Made by a program: the position numbers and the translations under genes. The notes under the pieces are model-generated. The model was not told the origin of the DNA, ran no database searches, and saw nothing but the letters and a program-made list of their open reading frames with translations. A stretch of 64,000 bases of DNA from Sulfolobales archaeon (GTDB lineage Archaea; Thermoproteota; Thermoprotei_A; Sulfolobales; AG1). This document shows positions 1 through 8,151 of the stretch, piece after piece (within the stretch, counting starts at the first letter, position 1; the number at the start of each line of letters is the position of its first letter). The DNA is taken from assembly GCA_038867615.1 (NCBI GenBank), contig JAWBYA010000001.1:64001-128000 (forward strand), given 5' to 3'.

Positions 1-1095
1 CTACAGATAAACAACGCTCTAGCTGATGAGGGGGTTGTTAGGAAATATGAGAGACTACTTTCAGGAATGTGGGGTCTTGGGGAGTTAGAGTACCGCCCTG
101 ATATATCCAAGAACATGAATGTGGAGATATCGCCTATAATGTTAACATATATAGAGCCATTCCAGGTTTACAATATAGATGTGAAATCATATATTGAAGG
201 TCGCAGAGAATTTTCGCTAAATGAATGGATAGATATTATAATAACAACGATAGGGTTAAATCCTAGAGTCTATTCCCAGAGGCAAAAGCTCTTGCTAGTG
301 GCAAGACTGATCCCTCTTATTGAGGGGAACGTAAACCTAATGGAGCTTGGCCCAAGAGCCACTGGGAAGACGTACCTTTACAGAAATATATCACACCATA
401 CCAGGATCTACTCAGGCGGTACTGTAAGCCCAGCTAAGCTTTTCTTCGATGCAAAATCACGATTAATGGGCGATATAGCGACGCACGATGTTGTAATATT
501 TGATGAGATAAGCAGGATCAAGTTCGCGAACCCCGACGAGATGGCTGGAAAATTGAAGGACTTTATGGTCGACGGTTTCTTCGAACGAGCTGCATTGAAA
601 AGAGCCCATAGTGATTGCTCACTTGTATTCCTAGGAAATATTGAAAAAGAGGATACTCGGGTCGGAAAGATAAGAGAGGTTCTGCCCAATATCATGCAGG
701 ATCCGGCTTTTCTTGACAGGATTCACGGGCTTATACCGGGTTGGGAGATGCCAAAAATAATGAGAAGTGAGGAGCACCTGGCTCGAGGAATAGGGCTGGC
801 GGTAGATTATTTTGCCGAAATACTCCACAGCATGAGGAAGGAGAGCTTTGGAGACATAGTTAATGCCCATGTAGAATTCGTGGGCAGTTTCACTATAAGG
901 GATGAAAGAGCTGTTGGAAAGCTTATCTCAGGGTTTGTTAAACTCCTCTTCCCCCATAAAGAGTTTAGTAGTAGTGAGCTAAAGCAGGTGATCGATCTAG
1001 CATTAGAAATGAGACAATATATCGTAGACGAACTAAGCGATATATCTCCTGCAGAGTTTCCGCGAAAACGCCTCGAGGCGAGGGTAAGGGGGTGA
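1..1095 (+). CDS. brxL: BREX-type BrxL-like AAA+ ATPase, 5'-truncated by the window edge; no C-terminal Lon protease domain
   Basis: Frame is open from base 1 (LQINNALADEGVVRKYERLLSGMWG...). Motifs typical of the BrxL ATPase region: EWIDxxxxxxGxNP, LMELGPRATGKT (Walker A), VVIFDE (Walker B), AFLDRIHGxIPGWE and RDERAV. Confidence 0.85.
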   Translation, partial: LQINNALADEGVVRKYERLLSGMWGLGELEYRPDISKNMNVEISPIMLTYIEPFQVYNIDVKSYIEGRREFSLNEWIDIIITTIGLNPRVYSQRQKLLLVARLIPLIEGNVNLMELGPRATGKTYLYRNISHHTRIYSGGTVSPAKLFFDAKSRLMGDIATHDVVIFDEISRIKFANPDEMAGKLKDFMVDGFFERAALKRAHSDCSLVFLGNIEKEDTRVGKIREVLPNIMQDPAFLDRIHGLIPGWEMPKIMRSEEHLARGIGLAVDYFAEILHSMRKESFGDIVNAHVEFVGSFTIRDERAVGKLISGFVKLLFPHKEFSSSELKQVIDLALEMRQYIVDELSDISPAEFPRKRLEARVRG

Positions 1096-1913
1096 TGACC
1101 AACTTTACCAAAGATCTTGAAAACATGGTCAAAATAGCTTCAGCACTAGGTCGCCTGACTGTGGATACTCTTCATAGAATAATATTTAGCTCTTTCTTAA
1201 GAGCTGGCTTATCCGTTCGTGGTGTGAGAGGAAGGTGGGAGGAAGAGGTAAAAGATCTTATTAGGACGATCCCTGCACCCTACAGGGCGCAGGTAAGCGG
1301 TGAGCTCTATTTAAACGCTCTCTCCTTTATAAAAGCCTTCAACTCCTTCCTAGAGGATAACAGGCAGGCTGTAATTATTAGAGAGGCTAATCTCCAGCAT
1401 ATTGTGCAGCTCCTCGAAAGTAGGGTTGGCAAGGTTGATGGGGTCTTTGTCTTCGACTGTGCATCAGTACCAGAGTTCATAGCTATTGCGAGTAAGTTTT
1501 CAGCGTTAGGGCGCAATACAACGATTCTCGAAGAGGTCTTTGTAAATCCAGTAGGGGTGACACGCTTTCTAACGGGGCAGCTTGAGGCGCTTGATCGTGG
1601 AACATACTTAGCCCATTATGCCAGACTATTGAAAGAGAGATTGAGGGCTGGCTTCTCAACTAAGATCTCAACAATAGATCTCATAACACATAGGCAAGGC
1701 TTTACTCTCAGAGATTTTCTGGACTCTCTCAAGCCCTCAGAGCTATTCGAGGAGATAAGGCGTTTCGCAGAACAAAAATCCGTGCTCATCACATCAGATC
1801 ATGGTTATGATGTGATTATGGATGAGCATGGGTTCTATGTGACTCATGGGTATTATAAAGAGAATTGTTTATTAAGCTTCAGCAGGATAGCATTATTCCT
1901 GGTGATCGATTGA
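1092..1913 (+). CDS. Short PglZ-like alkaline-phosphatase-superfamily protein
   Basis: Motif order VFVFDC / GVT / IDxxxH / LITSDHGY / THG matches the PglZ catalytic domain. GTGA overlap with the brxL stop. Confidence 0.7.
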   Translation: MMTNFTKDLENMVKIASALGRLTVDTLHRIIFSSFLRAGLSVRGVRGRWEEEVKDLIRTIPAPYRAQVSGELYLNALSFIKAFNSFLEDNRQAVIIREANLQHIVQLLESRVGKVDGVFVFDCASVPEFIAIASKFSALGRNTTILEEVFVNPVGVTRFLTGQLEALDRGTYLAHYARLLKERLRAGFSTKISTIDLITHRQGFTLRDFLDSLKPSELFEEIRRFAEQKSVLITSDHGYDVIMDEHGFYVTHGYYKENCLLSFSRIALFLVID

Positions 1914-1922
1914 GGTGATAGT

Positions 1923-2417
1923 ATGGAGTATAGCTATTACCTGATCTTTAAATCTAGGAAGAAAGGAGGAGAGATATCATTCAACGTTGGAACAAAGGAG
2001 AGAACCGAGGCTATGATCAAGCTTGGAGGACGCCGATCCGAAGAGCTGTTTACAAGAATTCTGGAAACCTTAGGAAGAGCAGGATGTATAACCCCTATCC
2101 AAACTGGTAATCCACGAATCTATGCTGTAAGAGGCGATGTAGGCCCCGTACTAGGGGCTTACCTAATTCTTATCAAACGCTCCCGGAAGATCGAGTACTG
2201 GATAGAATTCTTAAACGAACTGCTAACCGGAAAATACTCATGGCTCGGAGGAGCCTTCTCAACACTACTGGAACTTGCGATCGACCTATCGAAAAGAGCA
2301 CCATTAAAAAGTCAAAAAGAATACACACTTTCACCTATAATTATCTCTGCAATTTCATCAGCTATGAAGGAGTTTGTAAATAAACTAAAGGAATACGAGA
2401 CAAAGATCGGAAGCTAA
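1923..2417 (+). CDS. Hypothetical protein, last gene of the brxL-pglZ operon
   Basis: 164-aa ORF with a GAGGTGA ribosome-binding site directly after the pglZ-like stop. Confidence 0.75.
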   Translation: MEYSYYLIFKSRKKGGEISFNVGTKERTEAMIKLGGRRSEELFTRILETLGRAGCITPIQTGNPRIYAVRGDVGPVLGAYLILIKRSRKIEYWIEFLNELLTGKYSWLGGAFSTLLELAIDLSKRAPLKSQKEYTLSPIIISAISSAMKEFVNKLKEYETKIGS

Positions 2418-2817
2418 AGAGAGTCAATAGCCCTTTGCGCCTCTCTTTCAAGTCTCTTTATTCTTTGTAGTACTTTTTGCTCTCCGAATATGTCAAGGAG
2501 TCTCCAGAACCTTCTAATAAACTCTTTTCTCCGTCTAACTTTCCCTTTATATTCCTTTACAGCTTCTTCTTTCAAGGATCTCAGCATGACTTTTCCCCTG
2601 CTCTTTTACAGCTAGATCTTTCAGGATCTTCTCACAAACCATATAGCATTAAGCTTTTTTCTATTTTTAAAGACTTATTTGGCTTAGATGTCTTGGCAAC
2701 GATCTGCTTGACATACTCAGCCAGGATACTCTCAATAACAAGTTTAGCAACTAATTTAGCCAACACTAATGCCTCATAGGATATGAACCCTGAGGCAAAT
2801 AATAAATACCCGAGCAA
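2414..2817 (-). pseudogene. Possible decayed gene fragments with an internal ~45-bp degenerate duplication
   Basis: Two short minus-strand ORFs (2632-2817, and ~2414-2587 MLRSLKEEAVKEYKGKV...). 2538-2582 and 2589-2630 are imperfect direct repeats. Confidence 0.3.
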
Positions 2818-3130
2818 AAGACAACACAGATCCGCAGTTCTTAGGCCTGTTTGTCTTCTTTTTATTATCTATAGACTTTCACCTCGCCTGCAGAGATCTA
2901 GGAACCCCTATGGGGTCTATGACTACTAGCTATAATGATCTTCAAGACTCTAAATGTTAATTTGCTTGATCGTTGTGTTATTTCCATTAACAGTATACCA
3001 AGTATTCATAGCTTTTCTTGCGTTATTAGATCGATCCTTGACTTTTATGTATGATGCTTAGTTAGGGTTAGGTGTTGTTGTGTAATATTTATATATCTAT
3101 GTATGGCTGTCTTATTAACTGCTTGTATTA

Positions 3131-3931
3131 TTGCTTGTTTGTGGTGTGTGGTTAGTGAGTGCTGGTGTCTCGCCTGTTGTTGAGAAGCCGTGTCGTGTTG
3201 TCTCTATAGTGAGTGGTGGTCCTGATAGTTTTTGCTATCTTGTTAGATGGCTTTCCCTTGGTTGTGATGCCCATGTGCTTTCGTTTAACTATGGTCAGAA
3301 GGGTTCTAAGGAGCTTGAGGTTGCTAGGAGGATTGTTGGTGTTCTCGATGATATTGCTGGGGAGAGGGGTTGGGGGAGGGTTGTTGAGCACAGGGTTGTT
3401 GATATATCCTTCATGAGGGATCTTTGGAGGGGGACGCAGCTAACAGATGAGAAGGTAGCTGTTGAGGAGGAATACACACCAACAGTTGTTGTACCCATAA
3501 GGAATGTTGTGATGCTATCGATAGCAACTGCATATGCATATAGCATAAGCAGCATCTTTGGAGGCAGGGTTTATATAATATATGGAGCCCACTACGGCGA
3601 TGTAAAGCCTAGAGGAGATACTGGAGAACCCCTATACCCTGATTGCTCTCCAGAGTGTATAGAGAGCCTACAAACAGCATATAGGCTATGCCACTTCAGA
3701 AGCGAGAGAAGGATAGAGATATGGAGCCCAAGCAGAGAGGGTATGTCGAAAGCCCAGAACCTGAAGAAATGCTACGAAACAGTGGGGGATCTGGTATACG
3801 AGACATGGAGCTGCTACCTAAGCGGGGAACACCACTGCGGCAAATGCGAGAGCTGCATAAACAGGGCGAGGGCGTTCAAAGAGGCAGGGATCCCTGATAA
3901 AACAATCTATAGATCTAAACCCGATATATAG
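3131..3931 (+). CDS. queC: 7-cyano-7-deazaguanine synthase (QueC family), stand-alone
   Basis: SGGPDS PP-loop, FNYGQK, VVPIRN, YPDC and TWSCY...[11 protein letters not shown] Zn site. Confidence 0.9.
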   Translation: MLVCGVWLVSAGVSPVVEKPCRVVSIVSGGPDSFCYLVRWLSLGCDAHVLSFNYGQKGSKELEVARRIVGVLDDIAGERGWGRVVEHRVVDISFMRDLWRGTQLTDEKVAVEEEYTPTVVVPIRNVVMLSIATAYAYSISSIFGGRVYIIYGAHYGDVKPRGDTGEPLYPDCSPECIESLQTAYRLCHFRSERRIEIWSPSREGMSKAQNLKKCYETVGDLVYETWSCYLSGEHHCGKCESCINRARAFKEAGIPDKTIYRSKPDI

Positions 3932-4140
3932 CAAACACGCCCAAGCAATAAGCAACACAGGATCATTGGAGAACCATAGGTAAGAGGATCACCAATTTCC
4001 CGGGAAACCCACTAACAGGCAAAGCCGCAACAAGCCGTTTGGCATCCATGGAGATTTATAAAGAAAGCCCTTGATAAAAGAGCCCTAAGCCGGTGAGGAT
4101 ATGTAGAGTCAAACAACCAAACACTATGAATCCAAACCGA

Positions 4141-4228
4141 TGGTGCGGGGGGTGGGATTTGAACCCACGCAGGCCTACGCCATCGGGTCCTAAGCCCGAC
4201 CCCTTTGACCTGGCTCGGGCACCCCCGC
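4141..4228 (-). tRNA. tRNA-Leu(TAG), CCA encoded
   Basis: Reverse complement GCGGGGGTGCCCGAGCCAGGTCAAAGGGGTCGGGCTTAGGACCCGATGGCGTAGGCCTGCGTGGGTTCAAATCCCACCCCCCGCACCA folds as a cloverleaf with a long variable arm. Confidence 0.97.
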
Positions 4229-4504
4229 CCATAGAAATAATAAATATGGCGGGGAAAAAGCGTTACTATCTAAGATCCCGGGGTCATTGATTATATGCTC
4301 TTCATAGCCATATATGTTGCTATCGGTTCCGCGCCGTGGGATTAGCAACGACACACGATCCCTCGGGAAAAGAGTTCTCTGTGCAGATGGATAAGGGTTT
4401 CTGGGGGTTTCTAGCGATCCTCTATACCAGGAACGGATGGAAGCACTAATGTATTCTTTCTATAGTGTGGACAGGGTATCCCAGCTTGGTGGTTGTTAGA
4501 ACTG

Positions 4505-5695
4505 CTAGTCTTTTCTAGCTTTTGATTGTATGATGATTGTTAATAGCGATGCTAGGGTTAGGATCGCTGGTATGAGGAATGATGCGTATATTGTGGTGCC
4601 TCCTATAACGATGGGTGGGGATCCTGCTAGGTAGCCTGTTAGGGGTGAGCCTATAGCTACTCCTAGTAGTAGCATTGTACCGAATATAGCTGCACTGCTA
4701 CCCCTTGCAGCGTCTGGGACGTTTGTTGCGATCTCGGAGCCTGCTACTAGCACCATAGCGATCGCTATTCCGTGTATTATTGCTGATAAATACCTAGCTG
4801 TGGGGTCTATTCTTAGGCTTAGCATTATCATTGAGAGTAGAAGGAATACCAGTCCTAGTGTGAGTGAGGATCTCGCACCCCTTCGATCTATGATCAGTCC
4901 TGCAGCTATGTTTGCTGGAATGGCTATCGTTGTTGCTAAAGCCATATAGATCCCTGTGGCAACCCCTGCGCTTCTCTCATCAACGCCTAGATATCTGATC
5001 AGGTTGCTTGGGAGCGAGCCTACTATGGCGCCTAGCGATATGTAGAGGGCGAAGGTTGCTATATAGGCTGGTGCTAACGTTACTAGATATCCCCTGAGGA
5101 TGCTGAAACCTATATCCCTCCTACTCTTCGGCGCGGTATACACTTCTTTAGCAAGCATGGATGAGAACAGCCCGAGGATCATTAGGATTGAGAGTAGGAC
5201 AAAAACAGATCTAAAGCCTATCAAGGCTACAAGAGCCGTTGATGTGGAGGATCCAAGGACTATTGCTATGGCTATGAAAACCCAGTAGAAGCCCATATAT
5301 CTACCAATCTTCTTCCCAGAGACAGCCTCTCTGAATATTGATAGGGATGCTGGGAAAACACCTGAATCGAATACAGCATGTAAGGCTCTGAAGAGCACGA
5401 GCTGCCAGGGGGTTTGTGATACCGAGTAGAGATAGATCGAGACGGCATCGCCTACGAATAGAGGAGCAAGGATCTTCTTCCTACCAAACCTATCAATAAT
5501 ATAACCCATAGCAATCGTAGCTGGTATGGCTGTTATAGAGTAGATACCAACTATAAGCCCTGCCTCGAACTCATTAGCACCTATGCTCCTAGCATATGAT
5601 GCGAGGATCGGTGATATGAAGGAGGTATCTGCTAGGGATAAAAACGCTATGATTAGTAAAGGCTCAAGCCTCACGGGCTGGGGACGTATGGTCAA
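4505..5695 (-). CDS. MFS transporter
   Basis: About 12 hydrophobic segments; MFS motif A GYIIDRFGRKK, repeated as GLIIDRRGAR. Confidence 0.9.
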   Translation of the reverse strand: MTIRPQPVRLEPLLIIAFLSLADTSFISPILASYARSIGANEFEAGLIVGIYSITAIPATIAMGYIIDRFGRKKILAPLFVGDAVSIYLYSVSQTPWQLVLFRALHAVFDSGVFPASLSIFREAVSGKKIGRYMGFYWVFIAIAIVLGSSTSTALVALIGFRSVFVLLSILMILGLFSSMLAKEVYTAPKSRRDIGFSILRGYLVTLAPAYIATFALYISLGAIVGSLPSNLIRYLGVDERSAGVATGIYMALATTIAIPANIAAGLIIDRRGARSSLTLGLVFLLLSMIMLSLRIDPTARYLSAIIHGIAIAMVLVAGSEIATNVPDAARGSSAAIFGTMLLLGVAIGSPLTGYLAGSPPIVIGGTTIYASFLIPAILTLASLLTIIIQSKARKD

Positions 5696-5783
5696 TTGTC
5701 ATCGATGAGAGCTATGGAAAAATCTATTTAACCATATAGTAACCAGTTGTACCCATCAACAGATACTAGGGTATAGAAAAACC

Positions 5784-6506
5784 CTATATACTAGGTAACG
5801 AGGATCTTATCCTGACAAGCATATCTGGATAATCACTAGCAATACCATCAACACCTCTCCCAACCAGCTCTCTAACCCATCTCTCCTCATTAACAGTCCA
5901 GGCAATAACCTTAATACCCATCCTATGTGCGAGATCGATTGTTTTCTTAGTAGCGAGAGGATACCTTGGGAGCACTATCTCCAACCTAGCCCTCTTAGCC
6001 TCAATAACCTTCCCAGGAGGCTGGCTATAAACAACACCACAGACAATCCTTGGGAATTTTTTCTTAACACCTGCTAGCACGCTCTCATCGAAGCTTATGA
6101 TCGCAACCCTATCCTCGACACCTACTCTCCTCATAACATCGATAGCTATCTCCTCATCCCCGGGAACCTTGATCTCTACCAGGATCCCTACCTTATCGGC
6201 AATCGATCTCAAAACATCCTCGAAGGTCGGTATTTTCTCACCACCTATACTGATCTCGCTGAGATCCTTGAACCTAGACCTCCTAGCATTGATCTCTAAA
6301 CCAGCAACCCTCCTAAGATCCTCGTCATGGAGTGCTATAGCAACACCATCAGCAGTAACCTGGATATCGAGCTCAACAAGATCTACACCCACCTCTATGG
6401 CTTTAAGAAAACTCGACATAGTATTCTCCGGGGCGAGACCAGCTGCACCCCTATGGCCTATTATGGCGAAAGGCTTTCTGGAGAGTGCTTTGAGCACCGC
6501 GTTCAA
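5784..6506 (-). CDS. Glycerophosphodiester phosphodiesterase (GDPD family)
   Basis: IGHRGA..APENT, ELDIQVTADG..HD, EIK, WTVN and GIASDYP. Confidence 0.93.
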   Translation of the reverse strand: MNAVLKALSRKPFAIIGHRGAAGLAPENTMSSFLKAIEVGVDLVELDIQVTADGVAIALHDEDLRRVAGLEINARRSRFKDLSEISIGGEKIPTFEDVLRSIADKVGILVEIKVPGDEEIAIDVMRRVGVEDRVAIISFDESVLAGVKKKFPRIVCGVVYSQPPGKVIEAKRARLEIVLPRYPLATKKTIDLAHRMGIKVIAWTVNEERWVRELVGRGVDGIASDYPDMLVRIRSSLPSI

Positions 6507-6633
6507 CCAGGGCTCCCCAGCTTTATAGCTGAGGTATTATAAATAAACAGCTCCACATAGGTGGGGGTTTTGTAGAACACTCTTGGCAGATCTATATTTA
6601 CTATCTAGGACATCCAGGTTTGTTTTCTTCTAT

Positions 6634-7806
6634 CTAGCTGAGGATCACTATCTCCCATGCCGGGTGGATCTCTGCCCAGAAACCGTGATCCGTGTCAAGA
6701 ACAAGGGATCCTATAACCAGGATCCTATCCCCAGGTTTGAGCCTGGTGAGGGTATCTTTCAGCGACTCCTGCATAGAGGGTACTACTTCTATATGTAGGT
6801 AGCCGTCTCTCAGTACTATGCTGCCGACAGAGATGTAGTGCGAGTATTCGGGATCGACCCTCAGATCTATTGTGAAGTCATTGTCATTCGAAGGCCCTGA
6901 CTGAGTATATATACCCTCGACCACTCCAGTAACGCTCACACATGTATCGAGCACCCTGAGCCTCTGCGGCCCCCACACACCACTCTCTATAGTCCCACCA
7001 CCAGCCACGTTACCCTGGAGACAGGCGGGGGAGGAGTTTTTCTGGAACCACTGCTTGGCTTCAAGCGAGTCTGGGTATAGTGGGTAGAGAAAGTTCCTCA
7101 CATTATAGGCGAGGGGTGTCTGGTTGGTTAGAAGAGAAGCTGGCACAGCTATCAAGACTATTGCTAGGAAGAGAAGAGCCATCCCAGTCCCTCTCAGCAT
7201 TCGCTGCGTTAGCACCGAGTATGATGCGATAAATAGGATGAGTAGAGAGACCAGAACACCTAGGGGGACTAGATAGGGTGCTGCTGAGAGAAAGATCCCT
7301 ATTACTGCTATAAATACTATGCCTCCGAGTATTTTCCTATCTAACCTTGCCTCTCTCTCCACAGCCTTTGCTAGAACATATGCGGGCGGGATAAACACAG
7401 CCTCAAAAATGGTTAAGGATACGTTAATAGCATCACCACCATAGAATCCCAGGCCCAGAAGGGTTGCTACAATCGTGCCAAAAACAGTTGTTGTCAGCAT
7501 AGAGCCGAGCGACCCTATCCTAGGCCTTAGGCTTGATAGAATGAAAGCCTGTGCTGTTCTTATAATAACAGCCCCGATAACGGTTAATGTGAAGGCGCTC
7601 TGGGTTATACTAATCAGGATGGCTGCTGCGGCTGTACCGATAAATATGCTGGCTGTAGCCAGGATCGGTTTAAAGAGCAGGCCCGCAGCGAAGAGGACAA
7701 AGGCGCTCGGTCCATATCCGAAGAAGGGATATGGTGTGTTTGCAATGCTCAGCGATGTTAGAAAGGAGGTTAGAATGATTAGTACTAGGCCTAACGGGAT
7801 CCTCAT
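6634..7806 (-). CDS. Multi-pass membrane protein with a C-terminal soluble beta-rich domain
   Basis: About 8 TM segments in the N-terminal ~230 aa, then a polar domain with NDNDF, HIEVVP and DTDHGFWAEIHP. Confidence 0.7.
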   Translation of the reverse strand: MRIPLGLVLIILTSFLTSLSIANTPYPFFGYGPSAFVLFAAGLLFKPILATASIFIGTAAAAILISITQSAFTLTVIGAVIIRTAQAFILSSLRPRIGSLGSMLTTTVFGTIVATLLGLGFYGGDAINVSLTIFEAVFIPPAYVLAKAVEREARLDRKILGGIVFIAVIGIFLSAAPYLVPLGVLVSLLILFIASYSVLTQRMLRGTGMALLFLAIVLIAVPASLLTNQTPLAYNVRNFLYPLYPDSLEAKQWFQKNSSPACLQGNVAGGGTIESGVWGPQRLRVLDTCVSVTGVVEGIYTQSGPSNDNDFTIDLRVDPEYSHYISVGSIVLRDGYLHIEVVPSMQESLKDTLTRLKPGDRILVIGSLVLDTDHGFWAEIHPAWEIVILS

Positions 7807-8151
7807 TCCAGGCCTCCCCGCTATTTATAACTCTCATTAATTTAAATATAATAAAATATGGTTTAAACTAAACAACATACAGTGGGTTCTTCCCTTTCTA
7901 ATAGTCTTTAGAGAGTGGTTTCGAGCTAGAGGAAAAAGAATTATAGACATACATCTGATGCTGGGTTTATCTACAGCGTAAGTGTGAGTGTCTATGAGGA
8001 GGGGCTAGGGTTCGAGGAAGCTGGGTAGAGTGTTTTTGTCAAATGATACCAACCATTATGGGATCCCCGGATCCCTTTAACAACTATAGATGCTCGTTGG
8101 TCGATTTACCAAAATAACTGCTAGTATAAATATTATTTAGAGGATGCTGCG

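Noticed and set aside
4093-4290. 65-aa ORF MRICRVK...
   Set aside because: Antisense reading of tRNA-Leu.
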